The notes under the pieces were generated by a model. That model saw only the letters and a program-made list of their open reading frames with translations. It was not told the origin of the DNA and made no database searches. From contig SCTD01000210.1 of assembly GCA_004299215.1 (NCBI GenBank), positions 1-24,743 of the forward strand: a stretch of 24,743 nt of DNA, written 5' to 3'. Made by a program: the position numbers and the translations under genes. Shown piece by piece: positions 15,995 to 23,735 of the stretch (its first letter is position 1; the number at the start of each line of letters is the position of its first letter). This DNA comes from Frankiales bacterium. Its GTDB lineage: Bacteria > Actinomycetota > Actinomycetes > Mycobacteriales > SCTD01.

Positions 15995-17508
15995 GGGCGC
16001 TCCTCGGTCCGCAGGTCGGGCAGATCGCTGGGGGCGCCGAAGGCGCAGCCGCCGCCGAGGAGGGCGCCGCCGAGCGCGGCCCCCTGCAGGGCCAGCAGGC
16101 CGCGTGCCCCGACCCCGGCCAGGAACAGGCCGGTGAGCACGAGCATCAGCGGCAGCCCGCCGAAGCCGGCCGGTCGGGAGTCCGCGGACGTGGCCACGAC
16201 CGGCAGTGCCGCACCGGCCTCCGCGGGCGCGCTGACCGGTGCCTCGATCCCGGCGCTGACGGGCGCCGCGACCGGGATGCCCGGGGTGCCGGGGATGGCC
16301 GGCGTGCCGGCCATCCCGCCGGTGAGCGGCGGGAGCTCCAGCGTCGGGAAGTCGAACATCAGCGGGAGCGTGGCGGCGGCCGCGGCATCGGCCTGGCCCA
16401 TGATGAAGGTGATCTTGGGCGTGGCGGACAGCGTGTAGAAGAGCAGGTTGTTCGGCTGCGGCGCCGACGGCGGGAGCCCGGGGATCGCCGGCACCTCGCC
16501 GAACACGCCGCCCAGCGCGTCGGCGAGACCGGGGATCTCGTTGATGGCGCCGCGCAGCACCACGGTGTCGACGGTGATCCGCAGGCCCTGCGCACGACGC
16601 GTCGCCGACGCCCCGGTCTCGGTCGACTTCTGGGAGACCGGCTCGACGGTCAGGCCGAGCGTCTTGAGGGCGTCGAGCCCGTTGCCGAGCTGCTCGGGGT
16701 AGCCCGCCGCGGGCTCCTCGGAGCCGGGGCGCACGCCGTTCTCGTCGACGACGAACGGCGTGCCGGCGATGCTCAGGCCGGAGACCGTGGTCGACCCGGC
16801 CGACGCGGCCTTCACCGCGTCGCTGCGCGTCTCGAGGGTCGTGACGACCGAGTCGATGGTGATGGTGCCGCCGAGCAGGGACACGTCGGTGACCTTGGAG
16901 ACGGCAGTGGAGACCAGGACGTCCTTCACGTCGTCCTTGCTCTTGTTGTCGGCCACGGTGGTCGCCGACGAGGTCGAGCTCGCGTTGCCGAACGACATGG
17001 CCTGCTCGCTGCCGGGCGGCTGGCCCTGGGTGCTCGCCGTCGCCGACATGTCGAGCCCGAGCGCCTGGCTCCTCATCTGCGCGGCGCCCATGTTCGTCTC
17101 GGCCGTGGGCGTGCCGCCGGGGTAGGAGGAGTAGGCCTGGACCGGGTAGACGGTGCTCGGGTCACCGGTGACCTGCGGCAGGCCCTCGCCGAAGAGCCCT
17201 CCTGGCCACAGCGAGCTGGCGATGGCGCGTCCGGTCGGCCCGGTGTTGAGCTGGACCAGGGTGAACGACGGGTCGACCTCGACGATCGCTGCCTCGGGCG
17301 GTCGCGGGATGGGGATGCTCGGGTCGTCGAGCAGGACCTTGAAGGGCGCAGCGCTGGACTCGGCGATGAAGCCGCCCAGGTCGGTGTCGGTGCGCGGCTC
17401 GGCCGCGTTGACCGGCGCGCTGAGCAGCGGCACGCTGCCGATGACGACGACGCCCGACAGCAGCGCGCCCCATGCTCGTGCTCGACGCACTCGCCGGTCT
17501 GCGGTCAT
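15991..17508 (-). CDS. Secreted, C-terminally membrane-anchored beta-rich protein (possibly choice-of-anchor P-like)
   Basis: 505 aa; signal peptide (..PVNA-AE), Ser/Thr-rich beta-like core, Pro/Ala linker, C-terminal hydrophobic segment and GGGCAFG tail. ATGA overlap with the upstream ATPase. Confidence 0.75.
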   Translation of the reverse strand: MTADRRVRRARAWGALLSGVVVIGSVPLLSAPVNAAEPRTDTDLGGFIAESSAAPFKVLLDDPSIPIPRPPEAAIVEVDPSFTLVQLNTGPTGRAIASSLWPGGLFGEGLPQVTGDPSTVYPVQAYSSYPGGTPTAETNMGAAQMRSQALGLDMSATASTQGQPPGSEQAMSFGNASSTSSATTVADNKSKDDVKDVLVSTAVSKVTDVSLLGGTITIDSVVTTLETRSDAVKAASAGSTTVSGLSIAGTPFVVDENGVRPGSEEPAAGYPEQLGNGLDALKTLGLTVEPVSQKSTETGASATRRAQGLRITVDTVVLRGAINEIPGLADALGGVFGEVPAIPGLPPSAPQPNNLLFYTLSATPKITFIMGQADAAAAATLPLMFDFPTLELPPLTGGMAGTPAIPGTPGIPVAAPVSAGIEAPVSAPAEAGAALPVVATSADSRPAGFGGLPLMLVLTGLFLAGVGARGLLALQGAALGGALLGGGCAFGAPSDLPDLRTEERP

Positions 17509-18218
17509 GCGGCACCTCCCAGGTAGGCCTCGGACAGCTGAGACTCGATGTCGGCGGGCTCGCCGACCGCGGTGACGCGGCCACCCACCATGACGACGGC
17601 GTACTGCGCGACGGCGAGCGCGCGGCGGGCGAACTGCTCGACCACCAGGACGGACACCCCCGTCGCGGCGATCTCGGCGACCAGCTCGTAGAGCTGCTCG
17701 ACGATGAGCGGCGCGAGCCCCATCGAGAGCTCGTCGAGCATGAGCAGCGCCGGGTCGGTCGCGAGCGCGCGTGCCATGGCGAGCATCTGCTGCTCACCGC
17801 CGGAGAGCCGGCCGGCGAGCTGGCTGCGCCGCTCCTGCAGCCGCGGGAACTGCGCGAAGGTCCGCTCGCGGATGTCCTTCTCGCCGACCTTCGCGGTGTA
17901 GGCGAACAGCCGGAGGTTCTCGTCGACGGACAGGTTCGGGAACACACCCCGGCCCTCGGGGATCGTGCACAGGCCGGCCCGGGCGAGCCGGTCGGGGTCG
18001 GCGCCGTTGAGGTGGTGACCCGACAGGTGCACGTGACCGGACGTCGGCGGCATCTGACCGCTCGCGACCCGCAGCGTCGTGCTCTTGCCGGCGCCGTTCG
18101 GCCCGAGCAGCGCGACCACGCAGCCGCGCGGGACCGTGAGGTCGACGCCGTGCAGCACCTCGATCCGGCCGTACGCCGCGTGCACGTCGATCAGCTCGAG
18201 AGCGGGGGTCTCCGTCAT
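17505..18218 (-). CDS. ABC ATP-binding protein, LivF-like
   Basis: 237 aa from ATG 18218; [37 protein letters not shown]. Confidence 0.95.
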   Translation of the reverse strand: MTETPALELIDVHAAYGRIEVLHGVDLTVPRGCVVALLGPNGAGKSTTLRVASGQMPPTSGHVHLSGHHLNGADPDRLARAGLCTIPEGRGVFPNLSVDENLRLFAYTAKVGEKDIRERTFAQFPRLQERRSQLAGRLSGGEQQMLAMARALATDPALLMLDELSMGLAPLIVEQLYELVAEIAATGVSVLVVEQFARRALAVAQYAVVMVGGRVTAVGEPADIESQLSEAYLGGAA

Positions 18219-18961
18219 GCCGGCACGTCCTCGAGGTCGGCGGACGCCCCCGTGTCGGCGCCGAGGTAGGCGTCCTGCACGCGCGCGTCGGCGGCGATGA
18301 CCTCCGGCGGTCCGGTGGCGATGATGTGGCCGAAGTCGAGGACGTGGATCGTCGAGCACAGGCTCATCACCAGCTCGACGTCGTGCTCGACGAGCAGCAC
18401 CGACCGGCCGTCGTCGTCGGCCAGCGACCGGACCAGCTTCTCGAAGTCCTCGGTCTCGTCGTCGGACAGGCCGGAGGACGGCTCGTCGAGCAGCAGCAGC
18501 TGCGGGTCGCAGGCCAGCGCGCGGGCGAGCTCGGTGAGCCGGGCGATGCCGGTCGGGACGGAGTCGGCGGGGACGTCCTGGAAGCCGCGCAGACCGACCC
18601 GGTCCAGCAGCCCGTCGCGCACCGTCGCCGGCGAGGAGACGCCGCGCATCTCGGCCGCGACCAGGACGTTCTCGCCGACCGTCAGCGAGCCGAAGACCTC
18701 GAGCCGCTGAAAGGTGCGGCCGATCCCCATCCGCGCGCGACGGCGCGGCGCCATCTCGGTGATGTCGACGTCGCGGAAGCGGACCCGGCCGGTGGTCGGC
18801 TCCTGCAGCCCGGTGATGACGTTGAAGAGCGTCGTCTTGCCCGCGCCGTTCGGCCCCATGAGGCCGACGACCGCGCCCTCCTCGACCTCGAAGGTGGCAT
18901 CGGTGACGGCGTGGACGCCGCCGAAGCGGACGCCGACCTCGGTGAGCTCAAGAAGCGCCAA
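18215..18961 (-). CDS. ABC ATP-binding protein, LivG-like
   Basis: 248 aa, TTG start; FGGVHAV, GPNGAGKT, GIGRTFQ, LLLDEPSSG, VEHD, VQDAYLG. Confidence 0.95.
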   Translation of the reverse strand: MALLELTEVGVRFGGVHAVTDATFEVEEGAVVGLMGPNGAGKTTLFNVITGLQEPTTGRVRFRDVDITEMAPRRRARMGIGRTFQRLEVFGSLTVGENVLVAAEMRGVSSPATVRDGLLDRVGLRGFQDVPADSVPTGIARLTELARALACDPQLLLLDEPSSGLSDDETEDFEKLVRSLADDDGRSVLLVEHDVELVMSLCSTIHVLDFGHIIATGPPEVIAADARVQDAYLGADTGASADLEDVPA

Positions 18962-20891
18962 CGACCTCGCCCTTCTCGATCCGGGCCAGGTCGAGCTGCC
19001 GCGGCAGCGCGGCGCGCAGCCGGTTGCCCCAGCCGAAGAGCAGCTGGGCCACGCCGTTCGGGTTGCCGCCCAGGCCGAGGACGGCGAGCAGCAGCAGGAC
19101 GTAGATGACGCCGGCGAGCGCCGGGACCTGGTCGAGCAGGACGGGCATCAGGCCGTACGCCAGCCCGCCGAGGAGCACGCCGGTCACAGTCGTGACGCCG
19201 CCGACCACGGCGAACAGCAGCAGCGGCAGGCTCTGGAAGAACATGAAGTCCGCGGTGCTGATCGAGACCCGCATGCCGGTGTAGAAGACGCCGGCGACGC
19301 CGGCCAGGCCTGCGCTGACCGCGAAGACGGCGACGCGGACCGCGCGGGTGTTGTAGCCGAGCGTCGCGCAGGCCGCCTCGCTGTCGCGCGCGGCGAGCAG
19401 GATGCGGCCGTACCGGCTGCGGCGCACGCCGAGCACCAGGAAGCCCATCAGCACGAAGGCGACCGCGACCGACATCGCCATCGCGCGCTCTCCCGTCAGG
19501 TCGAGGCCGAGCAGGCTGCCGCGCTCCAGGGTGAGCGAGCCGCCGCCGGCGCCGAAGCCGAACTTGGTCTGGAAGAGCATCGAGTCGAGCGCGCTCGCGA
19601 CGGCGAGCGTCGCGAGGCCGAGGTAGAGCCCGCGCAGCCGCAGCGCGGGGACCGCCACGAGCACGCCCAGCAGGGCGGTCGCGAGGAAGGCCCAGGCGAT
19701 CGACCACACCGTGATCCCCGCGTCGACGAACGGCAGCAGCTTGCCGCCGACCACCAGGCCGCCGACGCCCACGAAGCTCATCTGGCAGAGCGAGACGTCG
19801 CCGCCGTAGCCGACCAGCAGCACCAGCGACAGCATGATGAGCGAGATGCACAGCGCCTGGCCGAAGCGCGAGTTGTCGGCCTCGCTGAGCGAGCCGGTCA
19901 GCACGAAGACGCCGGCCAGGAACACCGCGCCCCAGGTGAGGGTCCGGCTCCACGACGGCAGCGCGGGCATCTTGGTGCCGGCCACCCGCCCGACGCGCAG
20001 CTTGTCCTGCGGCAGCATCAGCATCACCGCCAGCAGGAAGATCGTCGGCAGCGCGATGCGGGTGCCCTGCACCAGGCCGCCGAGGGTCTGGTCGACGGAG
20101 GCGGGGATGTAGGCGACGCCCCACTGCGCGTACGACGTGAGCAGTCCCAACACGAGCGCACCGACGAAGGTGCGCGGCAGGTTCTTGAGCCGGCCGACCA
20201 TGGCGGCGGCGTAGGCCGCGATCACCAGCAGGGTGAGGTTCAGGTAGTCGAGCTGCAGCGTCGGCACCAGCAGCACGCCGGCGAGTGCCGCCAGCGAGCA
20301 GCCGATCGCCCAGGACAGCCCGGACAGCCGGTTCGGCCGGGCGCCGTGCAGCGCGAGCAGCTCGCGGTTGTCGACGACCGCGCGCATCGCGGTGCCGGTG
20401 CGGGTCCGGTTGAGCAGCACGAACAGGGCGGCCGCCACCGCGACGGCGACGCCGAAGGTGATGAGCTGCTGGGCGGTGATGAAGTAGTCGCCGACCTGCA
20501 GGCCGCGGCCGTTGAAGTACGGGTCGACCTTGCGCCCGGCCGGCGGCCACAGCGCCTGGGCCGCCCCGATGAGGGCGACGAGCAGGGCGACGGTGACGAC
20601 GAGCGCGACGGCCACGGGCGCGTCCGTGAGCTTGCGCATCATGAAGCGCTCGATGAGCAGGCCGAACAGCGGCGCGAGCACGCCGACGACGAGGACCAGG
20701 GCCAGCAGGGGCGGGAGCCCCCGGTCGACCGCCAGCTCCCAGTAGACGAACGCCATGAACATCCCCACCGAGCCGTGGGCGATGTTGAAGACGTTGCTGG
20801 TGGCGTAGGTGAGGACGAGACCGCTCGCCGCCACGGCATAGGCCGACCCGGCGATCAACCCGATGATCGTGAAGGCCAGGAACTGGCTCAC
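18948..20891 (-). CDS. Fused LivH/LivM-type ABC permease
   Basis: 647 aa, GGAGG RBS. First half GLVLTY..SNVFNIAHG / RTGTAMRAVVDN; second half LVLLVGYGGDVSLCQ / LRLRGLYLGLATL / SRYGRILLAARDSE. Confidence 0.93.
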   Translation of the reverse strand: MSQFLAFTIIGLIAGSAYAVAASGLVLTYATSNVFNIAHGSVGMFMAFVYWELAVDRGLPPLLALVLVVGVLAPLFGLLIERFMMRKLTDAPVAVALVVTVALLVALIGAAQALWPPAGRKVDPYFNGRGLQVGDYFITAQQLITFGVAVAVAAALFVLLNRTRTGTAMRAVVDNRELLALHGARPNRLSGLSWAIGCSLAALAGVLLVPTLQLDYLNLTLLVIAAYAAAMVGRLKNLPRTFVGALVLGLLTSYAQWGVAYIPASVDQTLGGLVQGTRIALPTIFLLAVMLMLPQDKLRVGRVAGTKMPALPSWSRTLTWGAVFLAGVFVLTGSLSEADNSRFGQALCISLIMLSLVLLVGYGGDVSLCQMSFVGVGGLVVGGKLLPFVDAGITVWSIAWAFLATALLGVLVAVPALRLRGLYLGLATLAVASALDSMLFQTKFGFGAGGGSLTLERGSLLGLDLTGERAMAMSVAVAFVLMGFLVLGVRRSRYGRILLAARDSEAACATLGYNTRAVRVAVFAVSAGLAGVAGVFYTGMRVSISTADFMFFQSLPLLLFAVVGGVTTVTGVLLGGLAYGLMPVLLDQVPALAGVIYVLLLLAVLGLGGNPNGVAQLLFGWGNRLRAALPRQLDLARIEKGEVVGAS

Positions 20892-20938
20892 GGCTCGAGT
20901 CCTCCGTCTCCGTCGGCGCTGCTGGGGTGTGGAGCGGC

Positions 20939-20954
20939 TGTGTCACAGATCACA
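20939..20954. promoter_or_regulatory. CRP/GlxR-type binding site
   Basis: TGTGTCACAGATCACA (minus strand TGTGA-TCTGTG-ACACA), 1 mismatch to TGTGA-N6-TCACA, ~48 bp upstream of the permease start. Confidence 0.55.
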
Positions 20955-21000
20955 ACGTGCTGGGAGGATCTTCGACACGGGTGCCGCCAACCCTTCTCGG

Positions 21001-21906
21001 TCACGACAGCGCGTAGAACTCCGCTGCGGTGAAGCCGGCCCCCGGGTCACGGTCGGCGAAGTAGCTGCCCAGGGCCCCGTCGAGGTCCTCGAGCGTCCAG
21101 CTGGGCCCGCTCGCGTCGAACCGCTTCTCCACCGTGGGAGCGCCCGCCAGCGCGACCATCGGGCCGTACGCCACGAAGACCTGGCCGGTGATCGCGGCCG
21201 CGGCCGGTGACGCGAGGTAGGCCACCAGCGGGGCGACGTGGTCCGCGGACAGCGGGTCGGCGCCCTCGGGAGCCTCGCCGAAGACGTTCTCGGTCATGGC
21301 GGTGCGGGCGCGGGGGCACAGCGCGTTCGCCCTGACGCCGAAGCGCCCGCAGGCGTGGGCGGTCGAGAGGGTCAGGGCGGTGATCCCGGCCTTGGCGGCG
21401 GCGTAGTTGGGCTGGCCGGGCGAGCCGAACAGGAACGCCTCGCTGGAGGTGTTGATGACGCGCGCGTCGACCGTCTCGCCGGCCTTCGAGCGGGCGCGCC
21501 AGTGCGCCGTGGCGAAACGGGTGGTGGCTGCGTGACCCTTGAGGTGGACGCCGATCACGGTGTCCCACTCCTGCTCGCTGATGTTGAAGATCAGCCGGTC
21601 CCGGAGCACGCCCGCGTTGTTGACGAGCACGTCGAGCCGGCCGTAGCTGTCGACCGCCGCCTGCACCAGCCCCTCGGCGACCGACCAGTCCGACACGTCG
21701 CCCGGGGCGGCGACGGCGGAGCCGCCTCTGCTCTCGATCTCGGCGACGACCTGCGCCGCCGCCCCGGCGTCGTAGTCGTTGACGACCACGCTCGCACCGG
21801 CGGCGGCGAGCGCGAGGGCCTCGGCGCGACCCAGGCCCTGCCCGGCCCCGGTGACGAGGGCGGAGCGGCCGTCGAGCCGGAGCCGGTCGGTCTGCGGAGC
21901 GGTCAC
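21001..21906 (-). CDS. hsd4A: Steroid side-chain SDR, Hsd4A / Rv3502c-like
   Basis: 301 aa from GTG 21906 with GGAGG RBS. TGAGQGLGRAEAL, NTSSEA, QPNYAAAKAGITALT, ALCPRARTAMTENVFG, GQVFVAYGP match recalled Rv3502c throughout. Confidence 0.85.
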   Translation of the reverse strand: MTAPQTDRLRLDGRSALVTGAGQGLGRAEALALAAAGASVVVNDYDAGAAAQVVAEIESRGGSAVAAPGDVSDWSVAEGLVQAAVDSYGRLDVLVNNAGVLRDRLIFNISEQEWDTVIGVHLKGHAATTRFATAHWRARSKAGETVDARVINTSSEAFLFGSPGQPNYAAAKAGITALTLSTAHACGRFGVRANALCPRARTAMTENVFGEAPEGADPLSADHVAPLVAYLASPAAAAITGQVFVAYGPMVALAGAPTVEKRFDASGPSWTLEDLDGALGSYFADRDPGAGFTAAEFYALS

Positions 21907-21943
21907 GAGTCGGGCCTCCAGCGGCACAAAGGGACACAGGCGT

Positions 21944-21957
21944 AAGAACACGTTCTA
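21944..21957. promoter_or_regulatory. KstR operator upstream of hsd4A (proximal)
   Basis: AAGAACACGTTCTA, 1 mismatch to consensus. Confidence 0.85.
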
Positions 21958-22000
21958 CGTGGTGTACGTCACTCCGGTCAAGGGTGCTCGACCATCTGAT

Positions 22001-22014
22001 GAGAACGTGTTCTA
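22001..22014. promoter_or_regulatory. KstR operator upstream of hsd4A (distal)
   Basis: GAGAACGTGTTCTA, 1 mismatch to consensus. Confidence 0.85.
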
Positions 22015-22047
22015 CTGCCCGCCGCCGATCGCGGGCCGCACGATTTC

Positions 22048-22090
22048 CATGATCACCGGGGACACGCCGGGCGTGTCCCGCGTGATCATG
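22048..22090. terminator. GC-rich hairpin, probable terminator of the fadD19-fadD17 operon or REP-like element
   Basis: CATGATCAC (22048-22056) pairs with GTGATCATG (22082-22090); GGGACACGC (22059-22067) pairs with GCGTGTCCC (22071-22079). Starts 17 bp after the fadD17 stop. Confidence 0.6.
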
Positions 22091-22106
22091 AGGATCGGCC
22101 CAGCGG

Positions 22107-23735
22107 TCAGGCCGGGAGGGCTCGGCCGGACTCGGCGAAGGCCTTCTCGAGGGCGGCGGCGTCGTCGGCCGTGAACGGGCGGAGGTCGAGCGAGCGGCCG
22201 TCGCGGACCCAGACGTCACCGCCGGTCCAGCGCTCGCGGACCAGCTGGCGCACCAGCACCTTGCCGGTCGCGGTGCGCGGCAGGTCGGGGTCGACCCGCA
22301 GGTAGCGCGGCACCCAGGTGGGCGAGGCGTCCGGCTGCGACGCGACCCAGCGGGCGAAGCCGGCCGGGTCGAAGCCGTCGGCGGCGACGACCGCGGCCAT
22401 CACCTGGTCACCCGCGGTGGCGTCCGGCACGGCGTAGACGACGGCCTCGACGACCTGCGGGTGGCCGGTCAGCAGCCGGGCGACGGGCGCGGCGGGGAAG
22501 TTCTCCCCCGACACCCGCAGCCGGTCCGCGCTGCGGCCGGCGAAGTAGAGGAACCCGTCGGCGTCGGCGTAGCCGAGGTCGCCGCTCCAGTACCTCCCGT
22601 CGCGCAGCCGGTGCGCCGTCTCGACCGGGCTGTCCCAGTAGCCCTCGAACATCCCGGGCCCGTCGAAGCCGACCAGCTCGCCGACGGCCTCGTCGGCGTT
22701 GACCAGCCGTCCCGTCTCGTCGAAGACCGCCGGCGGGCACTGCTGCCCCGAGGCGTCGCACACGCGCACGTCCCCGACCGGGCGGCCGAGCGAGCCCCTC
22801 GGGGTGTCCGGGGTGCGGCTGATGCTGATGCCGCCCTCGCTCGACCCGAAGCCGTCCATGACGGTGCAGCCGAACCGCTGACCGAACCGCTCCAGGTCTG
22901 CCGGCGCGCCCTCGTTGCCGAAGAGCCGCCGGAGCGGGTTCGCCGCGTCGTCCGGCTGCTCCGGCTGCGCCAGGACGTACGACAGCGGGGTGCCGACGTA
23001 GTTGGCGAACGTCGCGCCGAAGCGCCGCACGTCCGGGAGGAACTGCGACGCGCTGAAGCGGCGGCGCAGCGCGAGGGTGGCCCCGACGGCGAGGGCCGGT
23101 GCCCAGCCGGCGATCACGGCGTTGGAGTGGAAGAGCGGCATGGAGCAGTACGCGACGTCGTCGGCGGTGAGCTCGACCCGCAGCGACACCCCGAACCCGG
23201 AGGACGCGATCTTGCTCTGCGAGCAGCGCACCGCCTTGGGGGTGCCGGTCGTGCCGCTGGTGAAGACGAGCGTGAACAGGTCGGTCGGCTCAGCCTGCTC
23301 CGCCGGGAGGTCGGCCGCCGGGTAGGCCTGCGCGTCGACGTCGACCACCGTCGCGCCGCCGAGGTCGAGCCCCTCCAGCAGCGGCAGGCCGGCCGCGTCC
23401 GTGAGCACGAGGTCGCAGGCGGTCGCGCGGACGTCCGCGGCCAGCTCCTCACCGCGCCGGGTGGAGTTCAGGCCGACCACGACGAACCGGCCGAGGCCCG
23501 CGGCGCCGAGCCAGAAGGCGAACTCCGGGACGTTCTCGAGCAGCACGCCGACGTGCGGCGGCCCGTCGACGCCGCGCGAGGTCCGGTCCGCGGCGTACCA
23601 CGCGGCGCGCGCCGTGGACTCGGCGACGACCTCGACCCACGTCCACGAGCGGTCCTCGACGAGCAGGCCGGGGCGGGGGTCGGCGGCTCGTGCGCGCAGC
23701 AGCTCCCCGACCGTGGACGGGAAGCCGCCGGTCAC
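22107..23735 (-). CDS. fadD17: Acyl-CoA synthetase, FadD17 (Rv3506)-like
   Basis: 542 aa from GTG 23735 (GTGA overlap). PPHVGVLLEN, GLNSTRRG, FTSGTTGTPKAV, CSMPLFHSNA, FGSSEGG, GRSADRLRVSGENF. Confidence 0.8.
   Translation of the reverse strand: MTGGFPSTVGELLRARAADPRPGLLVEDRSWTWVEVVAESTARAAWYAADRTSRGVDGPPHVGVLLENVPEFAFWLGAAGLGRFVVVGLNSTRRGEELAADVRATACDLVLTDAAGLPLLEGLDLGGATVVDVDAQAYPAADLPAEQAEPTDLFTLVFTSGTTGTPKAVRCSQSKIASSGFGVSLRVELTADDVAYCSMPLFHSNAVIAGWAPALAVGATLALRRRFSASQFLPDVRRFGATFANYVGTPLSYVLAQPEQPDDAANPLRRLFGNEGAPADLERFGQRFGCTVMDGFGSSEGGISISRTPDTPRGSLGRPVGDVRVCDASGQQCPPAVFDETGRLVNADEAVGELVGFDGPGMFEGYWDSPVETAHRLRDGRYWSGDLGYADADGFLYFAGRSADRLRVSGENFPAAPVARLLTGHPQVVEAVVYAVPDATAGDQVMAAVVAADGFDPAGFARWVASQPDASPTWVPRYLRVDPDLPRTATGKVLVRQLVRERWTGGDVWVRDGRSLDLRPFTADDAAALEKAFAESGRALPA

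Noticed and set aside
18682-21032. 754-aa (-) and 772-aa (+) ORFs
   Set aside because: Alternative-frame and antisense shadows of the permease; Arg/Ala/Gly-rich with no motifs.
21907-21951. Upstream start of hsd4A given by the ORF track (21951)
   Set aside because: Overlaps a KstR operator; GTG 21906 has a GGAGG RBS at normal spacing.
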